Positions 19,413 through 29,479 of a stretch of 64,000 nt of DNA are shown piece after piece. This DNA comes from an uncultured Nitrososphaerota archaeon (GTDB lineage: Archaea; Thermoproteota; Nitrososphaeria; Nitrososphaerales; Gagatemarchaeaceae). The notes below the pieces were generated by a model. The model ran no database searches. It was not told the DNA's origin and saw only the letters and a list, made by a program, of their open reading frames with translations. Location of the stretch: assembly GCA_963703285.1 (NCBI GenBank), contig OY969807.1, positions 1,120,001 through 1,184,000 of the forward strand. Reading direction: 5' to 3'. Numbering within the stretch: the stretch's first letter is position 1; every line of letters starts with the position of its first letter. Position numbers and translations under genes: made by a program.

Positions 19413-19712
19413 ATGAGCTTCTCTGAGGCCAAAGTCGAGCAGGTTTGGCAGAAGGCTACACAGGTTCCCGATCCTCAAAATCCAAGGTGGGCAAAGGATG
19501 AATGCGGAGCTTGGATCTACAGGGGCAACTACGGTAGGCGTGACCTAGTATATGGCTGGGAGGTTCATCATATCCTACCGGCCTCAAGAGGGGGGTCCGA
19601 TGACTTGTCGAATCTAATCCCTCTCCAGTGCGATAACAATATTGCGACTGGCGATGGTCCTCTTCGATGTGTGATGAAGGCAAACGGTAACAAGAATGTT
19701 CGCGTTGGATAA
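19413..19712 (+). CDS. HNH endonuclease
   Basis: GWEVHHILPASRGGSDDLSNLIPLQ..NN. Confidence 0.85.
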   Translation: MSFSEAKVEQVWQKATQVPDPQNPRWAKDECGAWIYRGNYGRRDLVYGWEVHHILPASRGGSDDLSNLIPLQCDNNIATGDGPLRCVMKANGNKNVRVG

Positions 19713-19783
19713 ATGCCAATCCGTCGGTCAGGAAACTTCTCAGACAAGTTAACAGGATTCGCGATTAAGCGCTCGCTTGCTCT

Positions 19784-20044
19784 TCACTTTTCCATATCTT
19801 TTAACTTGGACGAGACCGATTTTCCCCGTTCCGAAGCCACAAAGATCTTCCCCAGCCTCGCCTTCGGAGTGACAAGTTCGATCAGCCCCTTCGATTGGAG
19901 CTCGCGGAGCGCTCGGCTGATATTCGGGAGGCTCATGTGAAGCTCTCTCGCAAGGATTGTGGGGGTCTTCGCCGAGGCCAACTTCAGCAGGACGGCGGCG
20001 CGAGTCTTGCTGCGAACCACATAGCTCACGTCATCCCAGGACAT
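19784..20044 (-). CDS. ArsR/MarR-type winged-helix regulator
   Basis: TPTILARELHMSLPNISRALREL..KGLIE. Confidence 0.85.
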   Translation of the reverse strand: MSWDDVSYVVRSKTRAAVLLKLASAKTPTILARELHMSLPNISRALRELQSKGLIELVTPKARLGKIFVASERGKSVSSKLKDMEK

Positions 20045-20051
20045 TCGCCAT

Positions 20052-20073
20052 GAAATAGTTCACAAGTTATTTC
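20052..20073. promoter_or_regulatory. candidate operator inverted repeat GAAATA-N10-TATTTC
   Basis: lies in the short divergent spacer between the HTH gene and the 20100 gene. Confidence 0.4.
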
Positions 20074-20099
20074 GGAATAGTTATCAAGAAGCTATCATA

Positions 20100-21287
20100 A
20101 TGTTAACGGATATGACCGGTTCCTCGCCCCCCAGTCTGGAGGAGGAGGTCACATCCATCGTCTCCTTTCTCTGCAAGAGGGACCCTCGCACGTTCAGGCC
20201 AGTCTCAGGAGAGTGGGACTCCTTGGAGATAAGGGACGACCCGAGGGAGGCGGTCCTGATCGCGAGCATCGTCTCCGACTCCTTCTTCATCAGGAGAGGT
20301 ACCGACAACCAAGATTCGCTAGAAGCCTTCCACATCAGCCTTCCTCTCGACTTTCCGGCGGGGTGGGCGACCGACCTCCAGGCTATCTACCCGGAGGTCT
20401 TCGAGGGCAGCATCAAGACCGTCCGATTCGTCAAGCACTGGGTCCCGATGTGGGAGACGAGCCCTTCGACCCTAGAGACGGGGAGGAGGAAGATGCTCCG
20501 CGAGCTCGACGCCTATTTGAGGGCAGAGAGGATGGAGCCGGGGGACTGCCTCTTCGTCCCCTACAAGGAGTACAGGAGCGGCCTCCAGGTGGGCGAGCTG
20601 GTCTACCACTACCTCGCCGGGCTGGTCTTCAAGGAGATGGGCTACCTCGTGTGCAACGAGTTCCCCGTCGCCGAGTACGACAAGGCGAAGACCCCGAGGC
20701 CCGACCTCAGCGCGTTCAGGACCCCGGAGGTCGAGGGGATTTTGGTCGAGGCGCGCAGGAGGGGCGTGATCTGGGCCGGGGCCTTCGTGGAGGAGTTCCA
20801 GCTCTTCGGCGTCTTCGGGAGGCAGCGGTACAAGCCCAGGCCGCCCGACGCCTTCGAGCCCCTGACGGACGCCCAGGGCGTCGCGATCGAGGTCGAGAGG
20901 ACGGAGTCCCAGAGGCGCGGCGTCTCGCAGCTCCGGGGCTACCTGCTGGCGACGATGGGTCTCTTCGACGAGGGGTACCTCGCGGGCCCGTCCCTGGACC
21001 TCCTGGAAGGGACGATGGCCTTCTCAGGCAACGGGGAGCTGCGATTCAGGAGGTCCGCCCCGGCGTACCGGTTCGATCCCCTGCCCGAGCACCTCAAGGC
21101 TAAGAGAAGGGCGCAGCTCGAGAGCATCCAGGCCACGATGATAGTCCAGGCGTTCAAGAACCTCCCCCTACCCAGAATCGTCTCGCTCTGCTCGGCGACG
21201 TACGAGGCCTCGAGCTACCAGGCTCTCTTGGGCGCGATGTACTCGACGGATTTTGCAACGGTTCTGGACGCGGTCGAGAGGAGATAA
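20100..21287 (+). CDS. hypothetical protein with PD-(D/E)XK-like motifs
   Basis: CNEF..RPDL..IEVER..QLRGY; high GC relative to neighbours. Confidence 0.5.
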   Translation: MLTDMTGSSPPSLEEEVTSIVSFLCKRDPRTFRPVSGEWDSLEIRDDPREAVLIASIVSDSFFIRRGTDNQDSLEAFHISLPLDFPAGWATDLQAIYPEVFEGSIKTVRFVKHWVPMWETSPSTLETGRRKMLRELDAYLRAERMEPGDCLFVPYKEYRSGLQVGELVYHYLAGLVFKEMGYLVCNEFPVAEYDKAKTPRPDLSAFRTPEVEGILVEARRRGVIWAGAFVEEFQLFGVFGRQRYKPRPPDAFEPLTDAQGVAIEVERTESQRRGVSQLRGYLLATMGLFDEGYLAGPSLDLLEGTMAFSGNGELRFRRSAPAYRFDPLPEHLKAKRRAQLESIQATMIVQAFKNLPLPRIVSLCSATYEASSYQALLGAMYSTDFATVLDAVERR

Positions 21288-21832
21288 CAGATTTACCTGC
21301 GCTTCGGTATCCAGCTGGGAGGAGCGCGCCCAAAACCTCCCTCGGCCTAGACCGGACGTGCCAAGAAAAAAGAATGGTGCGACCCGAATAACCAAAGATA
21401 GCTCGCGAAGGCAAGTAGGCATCAACAGAAGCCAGAGGATAACGGGGATCCAGGAAAGTGCTTCTCGTTGATACCGCAAGATAGCCGGGGACAGAGGTTG
21501 TCAGTGGAAGGATGACTTGGGGGCATGATAGGAAGAAAGAAAGCGCAACCTCGGTCAATCAAGCTCCCGCGGCAGACATCGAGACATGAGGCTGTCGACG
21601 AGCTATCGCCGTCTACTTTACGCTGTAACAGCCGTCTATGAGAATTTTGTGACAAAAAATATTTTCTAGTCGCGCGTCTATTCTCCGTTGCTATTCGATA
21701 TTGTCTCACACTATCCTTGGCTACTGTCTTAGAAGCAACTTTGTTGCTCTCCCGTTATCCTCCATTATCCCCTGTTGTACTATCCCGAATGAGTGGCGTA
21801 ACACTCGAAGGCAGGCGTGTTCAGTAACTATC
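21283..21832. other. non-coding segment with convergent short repeats around an AT-rich core (origin-like)
   Basis: GATAR motifs on left, YTATC on right; 12-bp inverted pair 21435-21446/21751-21762; TTTTGTGACAAAA at 21645. Confidence 0.4.
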
Positions 21833-22152
21833 GATTAGATGTCGTAAGGTGACGCTAGCCTCGAATCCCCTGCCCCACCAGATGTAGGTGCCCCTCGACG
21901 CACACCTTCTTACCATGGATCGCGCCCCTTGTTTGCAGGTCGAACAGTCTGGACACGAGAACATCACGAGTGACGCCTAATGTTGGGTCGAAACTCTTGG
22001 CAAAATCAAGAATCTTGGCATAGGGCGGCGGGGCATACAACTTGACTTCACTCCCATCCACAACTCCAAGCGATTTCGCATACTTGATTCCCTCTCTCGC
22101 AATCCCGTGCAGTAGCTGGGCGTGGGCGAAGTGGTGGGGCTTGACCGTTAGA

Positions 22153-22638
22153 TCATGCGATAGGACAGCCGTCTACAATCTTGTCTCCGCTCTCGAGTCT
22201 CGGCAATGGGGCATCCATATTTGGCACCTTACTGCCAATACGGTGATGTTGGATTGTACTTGGATTTAGGAGTCTAAATCCGTTCTTGTGGCTGTCCTCC
22301 ATATTCGACGACTCTTCAGTAAATTGACAAAGGGTAATGGATCCATCGAGAGTGTGCCGCATTGACGACAGACTAGCAACAGCGTCGAATTTGCCATCTG
22401 CTAGAGCATCTCCTATGCCCTTGAGCAGAACCTTGTTCACTTCCCCTATTGTTGGGCACGCCGGGCCAGGGTCTTCTGCTTCCAGGATTGGCTTGAGTTT
22501 TTGCTCGACGTATTTCGAAACCGAATCGTCCCCCTTCCTATCCTTGATCTTGCGCAGACCATTCCGCGTTGTCTCGTCAAGAGACAGATTAACTGCCTTA
22601 TGCCCGCCATCTTCCGCTGGTCTGCCTCCGGTTGTCAT
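22153..22638 (-). CDS. protein with N-terminal ribbon-helix-helix-like domain
   Basis: HKAVNLSLDETT..L..SVSKYVE; divergent from 22669. Confidence 0.55.
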   Translation of the reverse strand: MTTGGRPAEDGGHKAVNLSLDETTRNGLRKIKDRKGDDSVSKYVEQKLKPILEAEDPGPACPTIGEVNKVLLKGIGDALADGKFDAVASLSSMRHTLDGSITLCQFTEESSNMEDSHKNGFRLLNPSTIQHHRIGSKVPNMDAPLPRLESGDKIVDGCPIA

Positions 22639-22668
22639 TGAGTTTCCTGCGCATGATTTTCCATATAT

Positions 22669-24255
22669 GTGCCTTATTACCCGAAAGACATGAACGCCGA
22701 CGAAGGAACAATCAAAGAGCTTGAGAGTCTCGGCAAGCGAAAACCACTGTCGAAAGAGGACCTCAACCGGGCCAAGGACCTGATGGTCGCGCTGAAGCAG
22801 CACGGGTACACGGTCGAGGAGATCGCCGAGCTCTCCGACGGCGGCTGGTCGGTCCCCTCGGTGAAGAACTATGTACGTGGCGTGAAGGTCCAGGACGCGA
22901 CCTCGAAGCTCAACCTGATCTCCTCTTTGAAGGAACTGTTGGAGAAGGGAATCGCATTCGAGCAGGTGACCTCGGTAGCCGGTGCTATCCAAGAGCTCGA
23001 CTCCATGGGCCTGTCGATCGGGGACGTGTCAGCGGTATTCACGGAGGCGGCCGAGGCACGTTACCCATTGAAACAGTTGTTGGACCTGCTCGAAGAGGCG
23101 AAGGGTTCCGGACTTTCGGCCCTTCGCATGGCGGACGCGCTCAAGTTCAAGGACCTGTGCGACTCCTCCGGAATCGGTTTCGATAGCATGGCCAGCTTCG
23201 CTACGAGCCTAAAGACCTACGGTGATGCCGATTCGATTCTCTCGGCGATCAACCAATACGGTTCCCTCGAATCGATTCAGGACGATGTTGCGAAGGCGAA
23301 GGAGCAGAAGGACAGACTCACCGGAGAGATTCACAAGGTGGATGGCCAGCTCAACCAGCTGAGGGCTAAACAAGCGGCAATAGAGCCTAGTATCCGATTG
23401 TACGAGAAGCTCCAGAAGGCTGGGTTCGACGAAGGAGCGTTGCGAGAGCTTGAGACATCATCGGCCAAGTACGAAGAACCCAAGACGCTACTCAGGGCGA
23501 TCAACGCTTTCGGGAGCTTGAGAGAGCTGGAGACCAAGGCGAAAGATGGGAAGAAGAAACTCATCGATGTGGAGACCAATCTGAAGCAGACCCAAGCCGA
23601 GTACAGTCACCTCATGCCGGTGATCCACATGCTCACCAGACTCCTATACGAGCTGAAGTTCAATCCAGAGCGGATTACCCAGCTTTACCGAATGGCCGAG
23701 GCCTACGGTGAGCCGCTCGAGGTGCTGGGTGCGATTGCCAAGTACGGGGATATCAAGCGACTGGAAGAAAGGATATCCTCGCTCAGAGAGACGGACGGCG
23801 AACTCGCGTTGAGAGAGATCCAGCTTAATGCCAAGCTGGAACAAACGCAGGGTCTTCTCGACGATCTCGGTTCAAAGATTCCCGATCTCACGAAGAGGAT
23901 TTCGGACGAACTTCACAATGCAATCAAGTCCATTACCTTTGAGGCGACAAAATACTCTGAAAACCTGGGAAGTCAGAAGGCCAACGCAGCTCAGTTCGCC
24001 GAGGAACTCAAGGTCGCACGCATATTGTTGACCATCGACAAATACCCGGGCGAAGCCGTGCACCTTCCCCTAGACTACGTCCTCCTCATGATGCGAGGGG
24101 TCAAAAGATACTGCCACACGAAAGAGCTTAACCCGAAAGTTGTGCCCGGCAATCTCGGGAAGAAGTACTGGTTCAGTATAGAGGACAAGGAAATTGAACT
24201 CTACGACCTCATAGACTTGGTCGAGAGAGGCCTGTCAAAACCCATCGGAGGATGA
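22669..24255 (+). CDS. HTH + coiled-coil protein with three ~80-aa internal repeats
   Basis: GYTVEEIAEL..SVPSVKNY; repeats AINQYGSL / AINAFGSL / AIAKYGDI. Confidence 0.75.
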   Translation: MPYYPKDMNADEGTIKELESLGKRKPLSKEDLNRAKDLMVALKQHGYTVEEIAELSDGGWSVPSVKNYVRGVKVQDATSKLNLISSLKELLEKGIAFEQVTSVAGAIQELDSMGLSIGDVSAVFTEAAEARYPLKQLLDLLEEAKGSGLSALRMADALKFKDLCDSSGIGFDSMASFATSLKTYGDADSILSAINQYGSLESIQDDVAKAKEQKDRLTGEIHKVDGQLNQLRAKQAAIEPSIRLYEKLQKAGFDEGALRELETSSAKYEEPKTLLRAINAFGSLRELETKAKDGKKKLIDVETNLKQTQAEYSHLMPVIHMLTRLLYELKFNPERITQLYRMAEAYGEPLEVLGAIAKYGDIKRLEERISSLRETDGELALREIQLNAKLEQTQGLLDDLGSKIPDLTKRISDELHNAIKSITFEATKYSENLGSQKANAAQFAEELKVARILLTIDKYPGEAVHLPLDYVLLMMRGVKRYCHTKELNPKVVPGNLGKKYWFSIEDKEIELYDLIDLVERGLSKPIGG

Positions 24256-25169
24256 AGATGTCTCTCGATGATATCAGCCGCAGTCTGGCAGAGATGGATG
24301 CGGTGAAGAATTACGAGACCATATCTGAACAATTGAAGCAGAGTCAAGCTAGGAGCGAAGCTCTCACGAAGGAGGTTGAATCCCTCAAGCAGAAGGTGAC
24401 GGACCGCACTAACACTGCCGTGGAGCTGGGCTTGAAGGTCAATCTTTCTCTTGAAAGACTGAAACAAACGAAGGAGGAGAACGAAGCGCTGCGAGACCAC
24501 GTTCTCATTCTAGAAGACTTGGAGGCCACGACCGATGGGAAGAATCTTCCAGAGGTCCTTGACGCTTTACTCAAACTGAACGCTGCTGAAATCGAGAAGA
24601 GAAGCAAGGATCTTGCGATTAAATTGCACAACAAATGGGAGAAGAATGAACGGCCGAAGCAGGTCATGGAAGAGGCCGCTTCGTTTCTCAAACAGACTCT
24701 ATCAATCATAAACTCGGGCTCGAGCGACTTCGGGAAGGATCTTACACAGGTGGGAATTCCAGACTTGGTGAAAGCGGTCCTGGAGTCGGAACACAAAAAG
24801 AGGATTGATGAGGAGTTTCTGAAAGGGGTCGATGTCGAGTCCACCAAGATTGCGGGGGGCAAGCTGGAGAAGCTTAAGACGGAAGCCTGGCCGAAATTCG
24901 TCAAGGAACAGGTAGAGCCAAAGGCTTCAGAGCTTGCAACTATTCTGCACGATCAACTCGTGAACTTCCTCTCCGGAGAGTACTGGTTTCGATGTGACAA
25001 GTGCCAAACGGAGGGAAGCTTCAGACTTCTTCCCGAGCATATAGCTCAAATGTTGATGGACGGGTGGTTCAAGATTCAATGCGGGAATGAAGCGTGCCGA
25101 GACCCATTTGGGAGGCACGAAATCAAGCTTAGCGTTGTCGATTTTATCACGAATCGATTACTCCCATAG
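24252..25169 (+). CDS. coiled-coil protein with C-terminal Zn-binding motif
   Basis: overlaps previous stop; CDKC..CGNEAC..H. Confidence 0.7.
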   Translation: MKMSLDDISRSLAEMDAVKNYETISEQLKQSQARSEALTKEVESLKQKVTDRTNTAVELGLKVNLSLERLKQTKEENEALRDHVLILEDLEATTDGKNLPEVLDALLKLNAAEIEKRSKDLAIKLHNKWEKNERPKQVMEEAASFLKQTLSIINSGSSDFGKDLTQVGIPDLVKAVLESEHKKRIDEEFLKGVDVESTKIAGGKLEKLKTEAWPKFVKEQVEPKASELATILHDQLVNFLSGEYWFRCDKCQTEGSFRLLPEHIAQMLMDGWFKIQCGNEACRDPFGRHEIKLSVVDFITNRLLP

Positions 25170-25299
25170 CTGTTATCAGTAGTCCAAGGAAAGAACCAAG
25201 AAGAATCCGAGCTCAAGCTTCAAGGCCCGGTCTCTCAAAAGATAGCCAGGCAGTCGATCGAATGAAACCAGCTCTAAGCTTGGGAAATCAACTCTCTAC

Positions 25300-25827
25300 C
25301 TAATAGTGTGCGTCGCCCAGTTCGTCACGGATAGACCTCACAAGCTCGAACCTCGCTAACGCCGAGCTCCCAATGCTCTCGAAAACCTCCTCATTCTCGA
25401 GCTCATCGACGCTCAGGTCCGATTCTGTCAATCGGAAGGAAAACTCGGTCCAGCTCAAGTCGTGTCCTTCGTAACGCTCTCCGGGATGGTACTCGCTGAC
25501 CGCGGTCACGTGCAGTTCGAGGTCCTTGTACTTCCTCGCGATATCGCCCACGCTCTGGACTTCCTGGCCCAGCTGTATTGGGTGGATCACCGTGCCCTTG
25601 ACCCAGACCTCGAGGTCCCAGACCCCCGCCTCCTTGCGACCGCACCTGATCAGGGCGAACGCCCAGACGGTGTGCTTCCGGCCGTCCGGCTCCGCCACCG
25701 AGAGCACCAGGTTGCTCTCCCTCTCCGACGATTCCCCGACGGTGGTCGAGACGGTGGAATCCTTGAAGTGGGACCTGATCCGGTCCCCGATCGAGACGGC
25801 GATGCGGTCGCAGACCTCTAGGGACAT
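25300..25827 (-). CDS. hypothetical protein
   Basis: ORF with good codon bias. Confidence 0.55.
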   Translation of the reverse strand: MSLEVCDRIAVSIGDRIRSHFKDSTVSTTVGESSERESNLVLSVAEPDGRKHTVWAFALIRCGRKEAGVWDLEVWVKGTVIHPIQLGQEVQSVGDIARKYKDLELHVTAVSEYHPGERYEGHDLSWTEFSFRLTESDLSVDELENEEVFESIGSSALARFELVRSIRDELGDAHY

Positions 25828-26072
25828 TCTGAACTGTTACTCCGGTCGACGTTACGAACCCCGGACTCGTATCTCGATATGGCGATAATGGCTTGACCTA
25901 GGTACCCTCTGACCCGCGATAACTCGGCTCTGGTGTCCAGAACGAGTTGCTTCTGTTCCCGCCCGATGTCGGAGTCAGCATAGGTCCCTTGATCCTCGAT
26001 CGTCCAGTGGACGATCTGGTCCACGTCATCAATTGCACCTGCCATGCTCAGGAGAATTTCCCTGACGCTCAT
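25818..26072 (-). CDS. hypothetical protein
   Basis: short ORF overlapping the downstream gene. Confidence 0.4.
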   Translation of the reverse strand: MSVREILLSMAGAIDDVDQIVHWTIEDQGTYADSDIGREQKQLVLDTRAELSRVRGYLGQAIIAISRYESGVRNVDRSNSSECP

Positions 26073-26432
26073 TGGTTGCTGAACCGTGCCCGCGTTCTTA
26101 CGTGACCATGTTTGCCATGAGTTGACCTAAGGTTGATAGATCGAGCTCTCGATACGAGACGCCGGTCCAAGTGCCCCTTACCAAGATGAGGGTCTCGCAA
26201 TAGACTACCTAGGGGGACGTGTTGTCGCCAGAAGAGCTCTTCGTTGGCAGAAGTCGGGATGATTAACAAGCTCTACGAAAGCCTGTAATCTGACTATCTC
26301 GACGCTCTTACGTGAAATGCCTTCCCCATTTACCCCTCAAATTGCCCAAGGAGGAAGGTACCGTAACTAACGGCTGCGCCATATCACTAGGAAGGAAAAG
26401 CGACTTCCAGCTAGACTCTCGAGGCGTTGAGA

Positions 26433-27506
26433 TCAAGGGACCACCCTTCTCATCGTGTGGCTGGACGATATCTCATCGTGCTGTTCGGGTGCGGTGTTGT
26501 CGAATTGGAACCCTTCATTCTTGTACAACGCGAGTGCTGGCTCGTTTCCATCTCGAACAATCAAGATACACTCTTTTGCCGACTTGCTCTTGAAATATTC
26601 CTGAATTATTTCCAAGAGCCTCTTTCCTATTCCGAGTCTTCTGTAGGGAGAATCTACTGCAATCGAATCTACCTCTCCAATGCCACGTTCGTCGATGTAT
26701 CCGATTGTGTATCCAACGACCTTGCCCAGTATTTCGGCAACGAAAAACCCGTCCTTATGGTCTCTAAAGTACTCGAGGAATTTCTCTCTTGAATACGCAT
26801 CAGCCGCTAGGAAGGAACTCACCTCGACCTCAGTAACGCGGTCGATTTGCGCCGATTCAACAGGGCCGTACCGGACTTGTAGTTCTTCCATCAGGAAGCG
26901 CTTGAGGTTCGCTTGACTCGTCTCCCGCTGGATTTCTGCAAACCCCTCCTTTTTCGAGACCTGAGCGGACGCGATTTCGTTTAGGTGTTGGAACTCACCA
27001 TAGTATTCTTGACTTCCTCTCTCTGTTCTGTAAGCTTGGATATAGTCCTGCAGGACTTCCCAATACGGAATTATCCAGTAGCTCGGGATGGACCAAACAG
27101 CATACTGGCGGACTAGGCCGCTTCGCAGCATCAATCCGAAGTCCTCAAAGTAGTCCAATAATTCGTCCGCGTATTCTTCGTATAGCTTGAAATGGCCCTT
27201 GTAAAGCAGCAAGTTACGGGCCAAATTGCTTCTGACCTGGCGATACTCCGTCGAATCGAATTTGTCCATCTCTCTACGAAGAAGTTCGTATGCCGAGACT
27301 TTCGATGTCTGCTTGATCTGTATGTAAAGGTAGTAGACGTAAGCAACGGTAAAGATCGCAACGAGCGCTTCCCAGAAGATAGGAGATGTGAGCACGCTAG
27401 GCAGAACAGTTGAAAAACTGGCAGACGAACTTGCGGAGCTTAACGAGCTGGAAGCCCCCTCGTTCGCTAGGGCAATCCATTCGTTAACAATCTGGAACAC
27501 GTTCAC
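26433..27506 (-). CDS. TM/DUF4760-like domain fused to a RimI-type GNAT acetyltransferase
   Basis: TM helix, LLDYFEDFGLMLRSGLV; SIAVDSPYRRLGIGKRLL, N.PALALY..EGF. Confidence 0.75.
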   Translation of the reverse strand: MNVFQIVNEWIALANEGASSSLSSASSSASFSTVLPSVLTSPIFWEALVAIFTVAYVYYLYIQIKQTSKVSAYELLRREMDKFDSTEYRQVRSNLARNLLLYKGHFKLYEEYADELLDYFEDFGLMLRSGLVRQYAVWSIPSYWIIPYWEVLQDYIQAYRTERGSQEYYGEFQHLNEIASAQVSKKEGFAEIQRETSQANLKRFLMEELQVRYGPVESAQIDRVTEVEVSSFLAADAYSREKFLEYFRDHKDGFFVAEILGKVVGYTIGYIDERGIGEVDSIAVDSPYRRLGIGKRLLEIIQEYFKSKSAKECILIVRDGNEPALALYKNEGFQFDNTAPEQHDEISSSHTMRRVVP

Positions 27507-27692
27507 AGATAGGTGCTGATGTCTTTTAAGTCAGACGCTGCTGAGGAAGTTGGTGTGGGCGTCGGTCGCCAGAGGCGAAGGCCCGGAGAGTAAGCTCCTA
27601 AACTACCGCTTCCTGCCTCTCTACTTGAGAAAGGCCAAGGGGCGATACAATTAACTTGATCGGAAGGGAACCTGGAAGAGAGGGATAAACCC

Positions 27693-28631
27693 ATGATGTC
27701 AGAGAGCCAGTATCGCCCCCTAGGTGCCTCACGAATAATGGTCTCTCCCCTCGGCACCGGGACCAACAGGTGGGCCCAAGGAAAGAACGACGAGGCCGTT
27801 TTCCAGACCTTTCGATCCCTTGTTGATGCCGGGGTGAACTTCTTTGACACGGCTGAGGTCTACAGCATGGGAAAATCCGAGCGCCTCCTGGGCGCCTGTC
27901 TCCAGCGGGACCCCCGACCGGTGGTGATCGCCAGCAAGTTTGCGCCGTACCCCACACGCCTCTTCCGCCGTCAGTTCATGCGCGCCCTGGACGCCAGCCT
28001 GATGCGTCTGGGCAGGCAGACGGTCGACCTGTACTACATCCACTTCCCCAATACTCTGCTAAGCATCGAAACCCTGATGGACCTGATGGCGAAAGCAGTC
28101 GCGGCGGGCAAGGTCCGTGCGGTGGGCGTAAGCAACTTCAGCGCCGAGCAGATGCGCAGGGCCGCGACCCGCCTCGAGCGGTACGGCATCCCTCTGGCCG
28201 CGAACCAGGTTAGGTACAACCTGCTACATCGCCAGCCGGAAGAGGATGGTGTTCTGGCTGCCTGTCGGGAACTCAACGTCGCCCTTGTGGCCTATCGTCC
28301 GCTGGAGAGGGGACGACTCAGGTCGGACATCATCCCAGGAGCGGCGTCCGATTCGCTCTCCGCGGTAAGTAACAAGGGCAAGGCAGTTGCAAAAGAAGAG
28401 GCTATCCAAGAGACGCTCCACGCGATTGCGGAGCAGCGCGGAAAGAGCGTCAGTCAGGTCGCCCTGAACTGGCTCCTGCGCAGAGACGAACACGTGATAC
28501 CCATTCCGGGCACCACAAATGCGCGTCACGCGCTAGAGATTGTCGATACTCTCAAATGGCAACTCAGCGAGGACGAGTTTGCAGCCATCGACCATGTTTC
28601 CTCGCCGGCCCCGGGCATCTCGGCCTCCTGA
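27693..28631 (+). CDS. aldo/keto reductase
   Basis: FDTAEVY, SLMRL..VDLYYIH, AVGVSNF, IPIPG. Confidence 0.92.
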   Translation: MMSESQYRPLGASRIMVSPLGTGTNRWAQGKNDEAVFQTFRSLVDAGVNFFDTAEVYSMGKSERLLGACLQRDPRPVVIASKFAPYPTRLFRRQFMRALDASLMRLGRQTVDLYYIHFPNTLLSIETLMDLMAKAVAAGKVRAVGVSNFSAEQMRRAATRLERYGIPLAANQVRYNLLHRQPEEDGVLAACRELNVALVAYRPLERGRLRSDIIPGAASDSLSAVSNKGKAVAKEEAIQETLHAIAEQRGKSVSQVALNWLLRRDEHVIPIPGTTNARHALEIVDTLKWQLSEDEFAAIDHVSSPAPGISAS

Positions 28632-28634
28632 AAA

Positions 28635-28723
28635 GGCACCCGCGGCGCGGCGGCCACGTAGCCGGCTGCTGCTTCGCTCTGGGCGAGGACGGCGAAGAGG
28701 TCCACATCCAGCGGATCACTTGA
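28635..28723 (+). repeat. degenerate tes 3'-end copy
   Basis: GT..RGGHVAGCCFALGEDGEEVHIQRIT*; begins 4 bp after the AKR stop. Confidence 0.92.
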
Positions 28724-28777
28724 TGGTGCCCCTAGACACTGACGAAATTCATATATGCGAGATGCGATAGTTACGAA

Positions 28778-29479
28778 GTGATGGGCCTGGGCAGCGGTAA
28801 CAACGCGGTTCTCGTCAGCGGTTGTAAGAGTCTGCAGAACCTGACTGTGGACCTGTGGGTAACGGAGGACTTGGTCACGCTCGGGAACAACGGATTCTCG
28901 CTCCAATTGAACTGCTATCCGCAGACCAACCCCCAATCTACCCATGAGGGCACGCCGCTGAATTGGATTCAGTACGTCATCGCGGTAGTAAACGACTCGC
29001 TGGAGTGGGGGATCCAGTACTGGTCCCAGCCAAAGGGTTTCGGTTACAGCCCTAGTCCAAATTACGTCTCATTCGGCTCTGCCCCATCGAACCAAGTGCT
29101 CGCAGGCTCGGTGATGAGGATAGCGCTCATCACTGATTCCGGTGACAATGTGACACATGCGACATTCAGCGTTACCGATCCCAAGGGCAAAGTTTCCAGC
29201 CACACGTTCGCGTTCCCGTCTAACGCCTTGTCTGCGATCTATGGCTTCCAGGTCGATCTCGTAGGACCGCCCAGCGGCACCCACAGCTGCAACTTCACGT
29301 CGGGAGCGGGGACCCTGACCTACGCGGTGGGTCCCTCAGGGACGCTTGCGGTACAGACCACCAACACGTGCGGCGGCAGTCAGCCCGGCACGGCCGAGAC
29401 GTCCAATTCCAAGTACGGCACTGTCAATACAGTCGTCATTATAGTTCTAACCATACTGATTCAATCCGTATCAGTCTAA
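28778..29479 (+). CDS. hypothetical beta-rich protein
   Basis: long ORF rich in Ser/Thr/Gly, GFSLQLNCYP. Confidence 0.55.
   Translation: MMGLGSGNNAVLVSGCKSLQNLTVDLWVTEDLVTLGNNGFSLQLNCYPQTNPQSTHEGTPLNWIQYVIAVVNDSLEWGIQYWSQPKGFGYSPSPNYVSFGSAPSNQVLAGSVMRIALITDSGDNVTHATFSVTDPKGKVSSHTFAFPSNALSAIYGFQVDLVGPPSGTHSCNFTSGAGTLTYAVGPSGTLAVQTTNTCGGSQPGTAETSNSKYGTVNTVVIIVLTILIQSVSV

Noticed and set aside
21855-22150. Short minus-strand ORF, possibly frameshifted
   Set aside because: No recognisable motif; cannot support a call.
26350-26415. GGCTGCGCC (GCA) followed by weak resemblance to the tes tail
   Set aside because: The GENGEE core is missing; too weak to call a repeat.
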